Source: Toensbergia leucococca
Lineage: Eukaryota
NCBI GenBank assembly: GCA_022813965.1
Contig: JALDZS010000065.1
Coordinates: 62,001-117,825 of the forward strand
DNA length: 55,825 nt
Direction: 5' to 3'
In this document: positions 12,001 through 22,819 of the stretch, piece after piece
How positions within the stretch are numbered: the stretch's first letter is position 1
How the letters are laid out: each line of letters opens with the position of its first letter
The notes under the pieces: generated by a model
Database searches by the model: none
What the model was told of the DNA's origin: nothing
The model's input: the letters and a program-made list of their open reading frames with translations, nothing else
Made by a program: the position numbers and the translations under genes

Positions 12001-12688
12001 CTCGATTGACGAAGGATCCTCGTATTGTGGCCATGGGATAATTCCGCCGCGAGACAATCAGCATTCTTATCAACTTTTCATTCCCATTGACAATGAAATA
12101 GCCGCCAACTTCCTCGGATTCTTCCTTATGTTGCACCAGCTGTGCAGGGGAATACTTCTGCAAATGGCACCGATTTGTCATGAGCATTATAGGAACATTC
12201 CCCAGCTCTCTGACTGTTTCTTGCCATTCTTCCTCATTCACTCGGAACTCTACCCTGGCCCTGAGCTTCCCTCTGTAGGTGGCGTGCCTCTCCCTGCATT
12301 CTGCCGGGTAGATTTCACGGTTTGTGGTGCTGAATTTATTGTTTGGTGGCAGAGTTGCTTTCTCCCAGAAGAGCTCTCGGATCCTGACACTCAGTCTGTT
12401 CCTCTTCTCCAGTGGTTGACCACCTTTATTTCTCTGCACCCTTTGGGTAAGGGACTCTCGTTGGCCATCAAGGAAGGTTTTGGTCCCAATATCTTTTATT
12501 GCTGCCTCCAAGGTTTTGTTATTATCGAGCAGAGCATTGAAAGAATCTATGTGAGGTCGTAGGGCATCGACAAGGGCAGGATAGGCTGTGTGGTCTGTAG
12601 GGGGGGTTTTGAAGAGATTCTGTCGACGCAAAGTATCGAATTCTGAGGTCCAATCTGTGTTTGTATGGGGTTTAGCAGAAGGCGCCAT
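9032..12688 (-). CDS. RPA135: RNA polymerase I second-largest subunit
   Basis: Single exon from the first ATG at 12688 (MAPSAKPH). Motifs HTPDGSPCGLLNHL, GYDMDDAM, GDKFSSRHGQKG, NPHAFPSRMTIG, GEMERD and a C-terminal Zn ribbon. Pol I-type FHGNEPMYSG and VRKLLPESWGF. Confidence 0.97.
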   Translation of the reverse strand: MAPSAKPHTNTDWTSEFDTLRRQNLFKTPPTDHTAYPALVDALRPHIDSFNALLDNNKTLEAAIKDIGTKTFLDGQRESLTQRVQRNKGGQPLEKRNRLSVRIRELFWEKATLPPNNKFSTTNREIYPAECRERHATYRGKLRARVEFRVNEEEWQETVRELGNVPIMLMTNRCHLQKYSPAQLVQHKEESEEVGGYFIVNGNEKLIRMLIVSRRNYPMATIRGSFVNRGQAYTKFGMQIRSVRPDQTSQTNVLHYLSDGNVTFRFSWRKNEFLVPVMMVLKALAETNDREIFEGLVGTAGSKGVENTFMTDRVELLLRTYKAYNLHGKTRTRSYLGGKFKPVLGVPDDMSDEEAGAEFLRKIVLVHLGNANVTESQDNDKFKMLLFMIRKLYALVAGDCAVDNPDAVSSQEVLLGGFLYGMIIKEKLDDWLRSIQVAAQDWCERNGNTRFTNPNFLKVFPTKILARTNENIGGLMEYFLSTGNLISPTGLDLQQTSGFVVVAEKINFYRFISHFRMVHRGSFFAQLKTTTVRKLLPESWGFLCPVHTPDGSPCGLLNHLAHKCQLTTRDLDVSALPQLLSELGVSSFCSASVDESVVIQLDGRIIGFCSPEQALVVGDTLRYWKVEGTHNVPLELEVGYIPNSNGGQYPGVYLFTQAARMIRPVKYLPLDKQDYIGPFEQPFMSIACTEPEINSGESTHVEYDPTNILSILANQTPFSDFNQSPRNMYQCQMSKQTMGTPGASIRYRTDNKMYRLQTGQTPIVRPPLYNAYGLDNFPNGTNAVVAVISYTGYDMDDAMILNKSAHERGFGYGTIYKTKIIRLDEKSSKSRSSKSITKLFGFAPNSLISAATRSRLDDDGLPHIGAMISEGDVLVASHSVSFDPSQNIYVNRDGQNELHKYKDPETAFVEEVRLIGSESGSEPCQALSIKLRIPRSPVIGDKFSSRHGQKGVCSQKWPAVDMPFSESGIIPDIIINPHAFPSRMTIGMFVESLAGKSGALHGLAQDSSPWRFDEENTAGDYFGTQLQAAGYNFHGNEPMYSGITGREFAADIYVGVVFYQRLRHMVNDKFQVRTTGPVTQLTGQPIKGRSKGGGIRVGEMERDALLAHGCAYLLQDRLMNCSDFARCWICRRCGSFLATTPTVGASKKGSRGTGVVRCRVCARKAEAGSAKSEIWEDGEGIKWVGGENTTVVAVPGVLRYLDVELSAMGVKMRFNVGP

Positions 12689-13106
12689 AGCGAGAGTCAA
12701 TCTAGAACTAGTCGCCAGCTGCGCAGTCGTGACATTATATTTACCGTAGGGATACCCAGCGTGCCAGAGTTGGTCGTTAATCAATGGGGTTTTTTCCAGC
12801 TGTGCCAATTCTAAATTTTACCTACGAGCACTCCAAGCACACGTGAGGCTCATTTGGCTATCGATAAGGACTCCTCATGCATTGCATCGATCGGCCCGCA
12901 GCTGTTTGTTCGTTTTATGCAGCACAGGGACAAGGTAGATGGAATAGCCGCTCACGCGATTGAGAAGTCCATCACCTGCACCGGCAAAATCCAGCCTCAG
13001 CTAGTTCTAAAAGATTGCTAGACAAAAAGACAAAAAGGCAGGAGGACAGAAAGGCTGCATCAATTCGAGGACTAGTTCTACGAGTACGACCATTGCTGGT
13101 TTACGA

Positions 13107-13138
13107 TTAGGGATTAGGGATTTAGGATTATCTTAGGG
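13107..13138 (+). repeat. Short cluster of telomere-like TTAGGG hexamers
   Basis: TTAGGG at 13107, 13114 and 13133, plus TTTAGGA at 13121, in the RPA135/ARL8 divergent intergenic region. Confidence 0.6.
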
Positions 13139-13369
13139 AACGAGAATATTTTCCTTATTCTATGATTAATGTGAATCTAACTGCTTCCAATTCTACCTAT
13201 CACCCATTCGGAAAGGTCCCCTCCCGCTCCCGCTCATTATTTCCATTTCGCCTGCTTCCTGCGGTCAAGACCATCCAAGCATCCATCAACGTCCAAAGCC
13301 CAACGCCGCGACCGCGAAACAAAGGCCTAAACTCACCTTGCTCCCCCTTACCAACCAGATATTCAGACT

Positions 13370-14209
13370 ATGGCGGGCTTTTTCAGGAGTATCTATGACT
13401 GGCTTTTGCGGTTGTTCTGGTGAGTCCCTGTAGAGTATCGAGGTATCTAGTGCCTCCATTAATGGCCATCATCCTGCGATAGGGCAACTGAGATGGACAT
13501 CACAATGATTGGCTTGCAGAACGCTGGCAAAACCTCTCTTTTGCGAGTCCTTGCGGTATGCTCATCCGTCGTGCCGCGATGAATAATTGCTGATTCCAGA
13601 CTGCCCAGGGCGGAGAATTTACCATAGAGTAAGCTCAATCTCTTCTGAATGTAGACTCCTACTCCTAACGGTGCTTTTTTTCGTAGCTCGATTCCTACAG
13701 TCGGCTTCAACATGAAGCGAGTGCAGAGGGGACATGTCACTCTGAAATGGTACGGTCGCTCGTGGTTGCATCTATGAATCGTTCTTGTGTGACCTGACAG
13801 TCTTGTCCAGTTGGGACCTTGGCGGCCAGCCACGGTTTCGATCGATGTGGGAGAGGTATTGTCGCGGCGTCAACGCTATCGTGTATGCCTGATTCCGAGG
13901 TCATGTACACATGGCTAAGCTGACCATCTTTGCAGATATATCGTAGATGCTGCGGACAAGAAGTCTCTTCCGATAGCGGAAGAAGAGCTTCATGCACTGC
14001 TCGAGAAACCTGTCTTGGATGGTATCCCGCTGCTTGTCCTAGGCAATAAGTCTGACCTGCCAGAGAAGCTCTCCGTCGACGAACTCATCGATGCCTTGAA
14101 CCTAAAGGACGTTTCCCACCGTGAAGTTAGCTGCTATGGTATCAGCGCGAAAGAAGAGACCAATCTCGACGCGGTGCTGCAGTGGCTGATTAAGAGATCG
14201 AGTAAGTGA
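13370..14209 (+). CDS. ARL8: Arf-like small GTPase Arl8
   Basis: Six exons: 13370-13419, 13483-13555, 13609-13628 (20-nt micro-exon), 13687-13749, 13811-13882, 13936-14209. Spliced product has [39 protein letters not shown] and SAK, with an Arl8-type amphipathic N-terminus lacking Gly2. Confidence 0.93.
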
Positions 14210-14991
14210 AAAATAAACGAAGTCGAGCGAGGGACTCGACCAAACGACGCGAATGATTGATCACGACAATGGGACGATTTTAGCGCTGACGAAGTTGATG
14301 AAGCAATGGAAAGACGCATGCAAACTGCATTGCAGGCCAGCAATGGCAATTGATATCCCCACTGCTCACAGCATGTTTCACCCGCTTCTCCATTCTGTAA
14401 TTGCCAGATTCTTCACTTGGTTCACTCCAGCCTATATATATTTTAATGGTTCTGTCCTTCTAGATCAACCGATGAAGCTGAATGTGCGATTTTGGAGGAA
14501 CTCTCTGAATGAAATATACCTCCCCAAGGCACGGAGAGAACTTTCAGACGAGTCCACGTGCGTAAAAAGTGCTGGGTTTTGCCCCAAGTTGAATCGCTTG
14601 ACTCTGAGAGATGTGAGAGGTAGTTTTGATGTACAGAGGGAGGAACGATTGATTGAAAGGGCAGACTTGAGGGCGAGAATTATAAGAAACAGCCAAAGGA
14701 CCTTAGCTTCAGGTTATGCGTTGTTCGTGCATATGGATATCGCGCTACATGATTGGTTATCCAAAGCGAGGCGGTGATCGCGACTGATGGACCCTGTTTG
14801 TGTAGAAGTAACCAGGAGCACAGCCCAATACCACGCCACCTCTGTGACGACGTCGATTACCGCCTGTATTGTCGAAGAATAAATCCTCACTCATTCATAC
14901 ACTCTCTTCATCCACCTCTGTCTAGAAACACCTACGTCTGATCAGAGCCCAACTTCATCCATCAATCTCATCCACTAACACTGACCACAAG

Positions 14992-15752
14992 ATGCCAGTA
15001 CTACAACCAAGATACTAGTAAGATCCACCCCATATGCTGATCCGTCGTCTTCCGTTGTGATTAAGATCGCATAACTCGATTCATAACCGTAGCTTCAACA
15101 GCCGTCAATGGAAGCATAGTCTGCCCTGTCCTGAAGCGCCAACCTCGCGCCTTCTTCCCTTCCTGTCCTCTTCATCAGACACTGACTGCATTATCTGATC
15201 AGCTGCTACAACGATGACGGCTTTTACGGGAACTATTGCAATAGTGCCTGGGATAATTACGGGCGTTGGATCATCCTAGCCATCATTGTCATCGCGGCAT
15301 TTCTCATCTTCTTTCTCCTTGCGTAAGCCATATCCTTTGAACCTCCAAACCGACCTGCCCACTAACACCCAGCCAGCTGCGTTACAGCCCGGCGACGACG
15401 TGCCCGTGGACAGCAGCCATGGCGTGGCACAGGCTTTTTAGTCGGAAACACTCCTCCAGGACACGCGCCAGCACAATACACCGGCGACACCAGCAATACC
15501 AATCAATATCAGAACGGTAGCACTCCTGCAGGTGCGGCACCTCCAATCTACTCTCCTCCCGCGAACCAAACCTACTACGGTAACGGCAACGGCAATCCGA
15601 ATCAGGGCTATTTCGGTGGCCAGCAAAGCGGGATTGAATTACAACAGCCGCAGGGCGCGTACCAACCCCAGAGAGGAGGTGATCCTGTCTACAGTCCGCC
15701 TGCTGGTCCACCTCCCTCAGGGATGAAAAGCCCGGACGGGATCATTAGGTGA
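14992..15752 (+). CDS. Small single-pass membrane protein, RCR (chitin regulation/Congo red resistance) family
   Basis: Not in the ORF track. Exons 14992-15017, 15203-15322 and 15377-15752 splice in frame to MPVLQPRYYCYNDDGFYGNYCNSAWDNYGRWIILAIIVIAAFLIFFLLACVTARRRRARGQQPWRGTG...PPIYSPP...YSPPAGPPPSGMKSPDGIIR*. TM helix, poly-Arg stop-transfer and a PPxY motif. Confidence 0.8.
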
Positions 15753-16558
15753 TGAGATTGGTGACCACCGAGAGACGCAGATCTTCAAGACGGAGCGATT
15801 TGTAACATCGATGGATCGAAAGGGTATCTGTGCTTTGACGGGAGTTTTGGCCTTTGTGTTATTGGAAAGGTAAATTGCGGGAGGATCACGGCATGTACGG
15901 CAGCACGACCCTTAATCTGCGGCTCCAGCTGTATGCACTGTATTTCTAGAAAAACATCTTTCCATTTGAAGCTTTTTCCTTTCTTTCAGACTGGGGAAAG
16001 TTGGCTATGGGGTCCATGTTCATCGGCTAGGCTTTTAGACTAAGGCGCGAACTGAGGGCATGCATAAGGTATTCTAGGTGGGCTTCATGCACTTATTTTC
16101 TACCAGAAACACCAGTGTACTTTACTCCTCTCGAAAAAAGCAATGCAAACGCTCAGATTCGGAACATGATTTCTATTTGGTGTGCACACATCTGAACATA
16201 CATTTGGGTCCTGTTGTTGTCGCAGCTGTGTTCCTAATACAACCGTTACGTCGATCAGCACACCACATTTTACATTTATCGACTCCGTGTCACACATTGA
16301 TTTGCGTTCAGCTGTTACACATGCATGTATCTTTCAGTTTCGCTGGAGATACGTGCGCCTCTTCTTCAACCAATGTTCTAGGTGCGAACGTTCCTTTTTT
16401 AAGAGCTCAATGTCGAGTCGTTATTGCAGCACCAGCCTAAATATGAATTCAATAGGTAGGTAATGAGAGTAAATTAACGTCATTCAATTCATACCCAAGT
16501 ATCTGTCTAGCTTTTCATAACGTCTGCTTCACAGTCCTATAGCCTTCACACCTATCCA

Positions 16559-18069
16559 TCAATCATCACTGCTATCATTACCATCAACTGCATCATCGTC
16601 ACTATCGGGTGGGGAAACAGTTGGGGAAACAACAGCAACGGCCACCGCTACAACCTGGACAGGTGCTGCCGCATCATCGTCGTCTGAGTCGTCCGGAGCT
16701 GGGCTTTGAGTGCCACTTGGCGCAGCAGCGACACTACCATCATCACTGCCATCATCGCTACCCGCTGGGACGCTCTGAGTGTCGTCGTCGATTACGTCGT
16801 CTTGGCCTTGGCCACTACCGTTGTCGGAATTCGTCGTGTCGGGTATTTGGATAGTATTCGATTGGTCGAGACTTTGAGCTGCAAGTGCATCGTTGCCATC
16901 GTCAGAATTGGGTGCTAAGCCATCGTCGGAAGCAGCTCCGTATTGCTGGTCATCATCTGAAGCAACTTGTTGATCACCATCATCAATTTCAGGGGCTGCA
17001 TCTTGCTGGTCATCATCTGGAGCAGTTGCTTGATCATCACCGTCATCGGATGGTGTCTGTTCAGTCATTAGCATTACTGGCGTGGTAAGAAAGGCTAAAG
17101 GTTTGTTACCCCTGGTGTATCTCCATTTTCTGACCCCTGCAACGCATAGTCTGCCGCACCACCAACTGCAGCACCTGCTGCAGCTCCTTCCAAGCCATCA
17201 GCTACGCTATTCCCGTCGTCGTCATCATTTCCATTGTTAGCCCCTCTTGAAGTAGCCCCTGGCTGATTTCTGGAATCATATCCAGAGTCAACATCACTCC
17301 CATACCCTGCTGCGCTTGTCGAAACTCCAGGCTGAGCATTTGAGTAATCATTCGAGTCGTCCTGAGGTTGAGCTGAGGCTGCAGCAGGACTAGATGAGGC
17401 TGCAGCAGGACTAGCTGCATTCGTGCCAGTGCCCTTTGAAAATGCCTTCGAGAAGAAGGACTTCGACGAAGCTATAGCTGTGGCGGGGATTGCAGGAGCA
17501 GTCGTATGAGTAGCTGAGGGTGGCGCTCCTGCTTGAGTTGCACCAGTCTTTGGAGGAGTAGCAGCGGAAGTCTGTACATCCTTGCTCCCGACTTTGCTTA
17601 CCCCAGGTAAGATGTTTACCTTTGTATTATCCAGTGCGTGATCTATCACCTCCAGACTTTTGGAAAACCAACCCTTTTTCTTTGGTTTGCTCTTGTCTTC
17701 CTGCTTCTGTTCGACGGCCTCTTGCGGGGTCGGAGTTTCGTGACTAACTCCAGGAGCTGCTCCGTGATTTACAGTCCCTGGCGCTGTATGACTGGCAGCT
17801 GTTGTCTTAGTCGCTCCTTCTTTGTGCTCAGAAGTCGCGCTTTGGGCCTTCGTCGTTGACGCAGGGGTTTTCACATCTTTACTGTGACTAGGCATCCGAA
17901 TAGTAGCAGGTGCGGACGGACCTGTCGCTTTGACATCTTTCTTCGGCACGGAATTTGAGCTACCACTGCTCTTAACCTTGGGCTTGGTAGCAGCATCACC
18001 AGCCGGGGTGGAAGGTTTTCTGACAGCAGGTGGGGCAGTCGAGCCGGCGTGATGTGCTGCATCAGACAT
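16559..18069 (-). CDS. Hypothetical low-complexity protein (~485 aa): basic A/P/T/K-rich N-half, Asp-rich repetitive C-half
   Basis: Exon 18069-17110 joins exon 17056-16559 in frame through a GTAACA...CTAAT...CAG intron. No recognisable domain. Confidence 0.7.
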
Positions 18070-20552
18070 GGTGAAAGGATTGCCAAGCTGCAATGCAGGC
18101 TTGATGAAAGTAAAGCAGGTGTATGGAGCAGCCAAGACGGAGATCAGGGCGAGGAACGAAACAATATTACCCCCGAAGACGCCTGAATCAGCCTGAGAGC
18201 CTCAAGGGTGATTCATATCTTTGAAACACCACCATTGTCAGCTTCGGCTGGAATTCCGCCCGGGCTTACATGGATATCTCCTAATTTCGCAGACGATAGG
18301 TCAGCCTTCTGGGTTTGTGGATGTTTGGGCCTGGTGGGCCAGCCTAACTTCTAAGTGGGGTCAAAGGTCGAAATTACTTAAGCCTCACCTGCCGCGCAAG
18401 GCACTTGACATGCGACTGTGGTTATCTTGCAGCAATTTTTGTCACCGCCTTTGTGACACCCCAGCCCCCCTCAGTCATAATCAAGTATGGAGCTTCAGTG
18501 TTCGCATGTCGTTGTGAGTTCTGAATTTAGATCCCCCTTTTCACATGATCTCAGTAATATCCTCTTCACACTGTTTTAGAGGCTTAAATACTCTCTTATT
18601 AGATATGAGACCTATTTAGCACCACTCACTGGGTACCTCATATCTATCCCTTCCGCCGTCTAACAAAGCAGCCACTCCCACCACTCCTCAGTAATTAGTG
18701 TAGCCGCCTGAGTTAGGGCCTGAGCAGGGCGACCAATCACATGATCAGTATGATGATGTTGGCTTCATTACTGAGCTTAATTACTAAATGTAAACATGCG
18801 CACACTAACTGATTTCCTGTGCAAATTTTGCAATACTCATTGATTTGTGATTATTTCAATCACATTAACAAGACTAACTCTCAATGCTTTTCTAAACTGT
18901 CAACAATCTAGTAACTCTAATTCCCAGGGTAACTCCTTGCCTACCGTGCCTACCTACCTACCTACTTAAATCTACGCTTGTCAACTTCATGTTCTTGGAC
19001 TCGGGACTCGTCCATCCAAACTCATACTTTCAACGTGAAGACACCGCTCACATGGCCAAGCACCATGCAATTATAGACTCAGCCGCATCAATGAAGGCCT
19101 TCACAACCCGTGAATTCATGCAATCTTCAAGCGCTGCAGGGTGTCAGAAATTTTTAGTACTGTCAAGGCTTTCATGCTCTTTAATACACTCATTGAATTC
19201 ACTTACTTTGCCTCAGTGGTGAAAAGAACAATGACCGTTCTTATTAAACATTAACTCAAGTGTGCAAAGGAGAAACAACGTCACTTGCGTTGTTGCTATA
19301 GAGGCGAGGCCTCCTTCTTCTTCATCTTCCTCTCCTTGTTGAGCACATGGCACCCTCCCAACATCCAACAAACTATTCCCAGCCAAACGGCAACCCAAGT
19401 CTCGGCCGGTTTCACTCACCCGAACCACTGGTACTCAGATATACTCAGTGCAAAAATCCCACAAGTGTTGAAAAATTCCGCCCAAATCAGCCCCCCCTGA
19501 CGAAAACCCAAATCTCTCCATTGAAAACTTCCTTCCCCAACTATGAAAAGCCCTCGGGGGAGGACATTCTGCGCAGGAAGAATAGAACAAAAGTCGTAAA
19601 TGTCACCGAAACTTCAGTACTCGGACGCAAAAGCACCGGGCCTACAATTTAATTTACCACAGCTTCTCCCACCCGATAACAACAACACCGTCTACGTATT
19701 CCCCTACCACAAAGAACGTTCTGGCGCACGGGGGTCGGCCTCTATGCCCCCTGACAGTCAGCATTTCTCTCCCCCTCCCATCTCATAGTCCTGGGATCCC
19801 CAGCCCCGTACAATCGCCTTTCACAATCGCAGATGTGCGGCGTGTGCTTCCCACAAGTTGCTTTAAAAAAATCGGGTTCAAGGACAACAATTGCGACGAT
19901 GCAACGGCTTCTCAAATCATGTATGTGGCTTACGATGATGATGATGATAAATGATGCGATGTAAGCTTTCGAGTCCCGAAAGAAAAGACTTTTCGCAATG
20001 ATGGCTTGTATTGAGAAATTTTTTCCAATAGCTAGGATTTCTAGAGACGTTTTTCTGTCGAGAATTGGATTAAAAAAACCCAAAACAAGAAAAACTCCTC
20101 TTTTATGACTTTGGGGAAAACGTATTGCTTAGCACTGGTTCAAAAGATGAGGACCCTCCCTTGCTCCTGACGTGATTTTCTTCAAATCTTTAAGAGATTG
20201 ATTGCCTGCTTCACCTGCTAGTACAACCTCCACGTCAACGCCGCCCCCCCTTTATCCTCAACTCTCTCACTCAAGTAAAAAAGAAAAACCCTCCGAATTG
20301 AATACGAGTAATCACAACGTCTTTTTTTCTTGCTGGCATATTATCCCATGTTCCCCTCTCAAAACCTACATCCTTAAAAAGGGTTGATGGAGTCAAGGAA
20401 GAGGCTGCGACGGGTTTGGAGGGTTTTGCTTGGTCACACGAGGCTATGGCTGAATAACTGAGAAGCGCAAATTGGAAGGGTTGAGCGGGGGGTCTTTGGG
20501 ATATGTATGAAGAGAGGGTGTTTTTGGCAGATTTAAGTTTGGCTTGACTGTT

Positions 20553-20574
20553 TATATATATATATATATATATA
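20553..20574. repeat. (TA)11 microsatellite
   Basis: Read directly from the sequence. Confidence 0.95.
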
Positions 20575-20970
20575 TTGTGGCAAAGTTGTGTTGGGAGATA
20601 TGGTAGAGCGTCAAGAACGGTATCCGTGATTATGTAGCTGCATTGATGGGTCCCAGATGAGGGCGTATCAAATTTGTACGTTTTCGTCGTTACCGATTTC
20701 CGGGTAGAGTGCTGATGAGTGTTAGTGCACACTGTTTGAGAATAGGGAAGTAGAATCACACTTACAGTTACGAGGAGTTACTCTCATTACTCCGCCTCTA
20801 CTGCCTCTTCACAAAATCCCGAGCATCGGAGATTCCCTTCCTTGGATTTAATCTGGGTCAAGTTGTTTCCGATCAATCATGGCAAACTCTCTGATCGATC
20901 CGGGCCACGACACGACAAGTGTCGGAAGCTCAACCGATCCATCTTGGGGAGCCAGGTTCCTAGATGTTCA

Positions 20971-21747
20971 TCACAGAAGCTCCGCATCCCCATTCATCAC
21001 CCTTTCTCTCACAGCACTCCACCTCACCACATACACATCACCCCTCTTCATCTCAAACTCCGTATCCGTACCTTCCACAACAATCGGCCCCGCCACATCT
21101 CGCAAACCCCTCACAAAAACAGCTTTTTCCAAATCCGGCTGCTCAATCATACTGATCCCTCCGGCCGTATCGTCGAGCCGTTGCAACGAAGGGGGGAACT
21201 GGGAGAGGAAAGAAGAGAGATAGTGAGCCTGCAGGAGCGATTGGTGCGTGGTGAGATATTGGAGTTCTGAAGAAGAGAGGCGTGAGGTTTGAGTGTGGGT
21301 CGTCAGGATGTAGAGAGCATGCTTGTCGATCTGATTGCCATTAGCAAAAGGAAGATGGATAGCGCAGGCGCCGAGCAACGTACTTTGGCAATCCTGGCGC
21401 GAAGAAATGAGCGGACGAGAAACTTGAATCTTTCCAGCTCGGTTTGTATAATGATGAGGCGAAAGTTGGTTTTGGGGTCCATGTTCCCGGTCTGCATCTC
21501 TACCAGTTCAATCTGCCCCGGCCCAAACACGTCAGCCTACACACTTTCCTTGTGGACATGGCAAAAGGGAAAACTCAACCTGTTGACGTATCCTGTCCAT
21601 GATACGCTCCATCAGAGTCTCTGGCCATTGTAGAATTTCTGGCGCACTTCTTTCGGTCACCCATAGACGTGTAAGTTCTTGCAGATCACGCGTCTCCTGA
21701 GGTACTATATGGCTGTCTACCTCAGCCAGTATATCATCGATATCCAT
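20971..21747 (-). CDS. SLD5: GINS complex subunit Sld5
   Basis: Exons 21747-21580, 21512-21384, 21330-20971. Motifs [57 protein letters not shown]. Confidence 0.93.
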
Positions 21748-22160
21748 TGAGGCTCCGAGGAATACATTGATTCGGAAGGCTGGCTTCTGAAGATGAGAAA
21801 AATGCCACGAGGCTGGAAGACTGCAGACATTGAAGTCCACGCTGCGCTAATCCAACCAAGGGCTTGCTCTGATTGGGCCCTAGAACAGCATGTCTTGGTA
21901 ATCTGTACTCCGTAGGCTTGGTCAAATCAACTGATTTTGATGTGTACCTACTTGGTCCTCATGACATGTAACTTCGCGAATACTGCGAAATTACTTCATT
22001 CATATTACAACATTGGCACCGTTGGTTCTACTTTGCTTCAAACACATGACGGAGCATCGGGATGGCTGTTTGTTTCGAGGACTTTTTTGCTAGACTCAAG
22101 GCCAAAAGCCTACTCTACCACTACGTAACCAGACACCCTTTTGCTTTCCATCCCCCTTGC

Positions 22161-22545
22161 ACACGTTGTACCAGAGCCTTGGCAGTGTGAACAAACAGGA
22201 TAACTCTTTATCGTATAACGTCAAATTTATAGTCAGACCAGGAAGAGGCGAAATCTGGAACCCGGATTCGAGATTCTGGATCGTGGGTGAGAGCTGTATA
22301 AGCAAGAACACCTGTGCAATGTCGTGGTACGATGTAGTAGTGGCGATATATGGAGCCTTTGTGTGAAGTGACAAGTCCGGCGTGCACTGTAAAACCCTCA
22401 CTTCTGTCACGTCGAGCTGCACCACGCTGTGATGATCGATACTTCAAAGTATACTTTCCGATATGCACGATGACAAAGCGCAAGTCATCAAGAACGCACT
22501 ATAGTGATGTTCGTGCGTAAGCTGGCTAGAAATGGATAGATCCAT
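22161..22545 (-). pseudogene. Disrupted Zn(II)2Cys6 transcription-factor N-terminus (relic)
   Basis: ATG at 22545, then TGC GCT T TGT CAT CGT GCA TAT CGG AAA, a GT donor at 22454, and later TAC GAT AAAG AGT TAT CCT GTT TGT TCA CAC TGC CAA GGC TCT GGT ACA ACG TGT. Reconstructs as C-x2-C-x6-C-x6-C-x2-C-x6-C after two frameshifts and one Tyr-to-Cys repair. Confidence 0.55.
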
Positions 22546-22704
22546 CAGCTCTGAGTGTAAGATAAAAAGGTGATCAAGGGAAATCTGATACAGGCAGGCC
22601 TCCAGGGCCATCGCTTATATTGAGACATCCACCACAGCCCCTACTCGTTTTTAGCACCCAGGCCATCGATGGATGCCTGGAATACTCCGCAATGTCAGGT
22701 CTCG

Positions 22705-22819
22705 GGAGACCAAAGTACCAAGAGAGCCAAGGTGCCAAGATAGCCAAAGTCCAAGAGAGCCAAGGCACCAAGAGATTCAAAGACTAGGAAGTGAAAGAAA
22801 AAGAGAGCCAAGGTACCAA
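22705..22819 (+). repeat. Imperfect ~17-bp tandem repeat (consensus GAGAGCCAAGGTACCAA)
   Basis: Units at ~22705, 22722, 22739 and 22755, a degenerate unit at 22772, and another at 22803. Confidence 0.85.

Noticed and set aside
12689..12808. N-terminal extension of RPA135 in the ORF track
   Set aside because: It starts at TTG; the first ATG is at 12688.
18750..18812. C/D snoRNA-like boxes (ATGATGA...CTGA...CTGA)
   Set aside because: Short, with no C' box or terminal stem. The guide is only an interrupted match to 25S rRNA (TTAGTGACGCGCATG) at no methylation site I know.
20712..20740. Hammerhead-like CTGATGA plus a small stem
   Set aside because: No GAAA follows stem II, so the catalytic core is incomplete.
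22705..22819. CRISPR-like array
   Set aside because: Eukaryotic context, head-to-tail repeats without unique spacers, and no cas genes.
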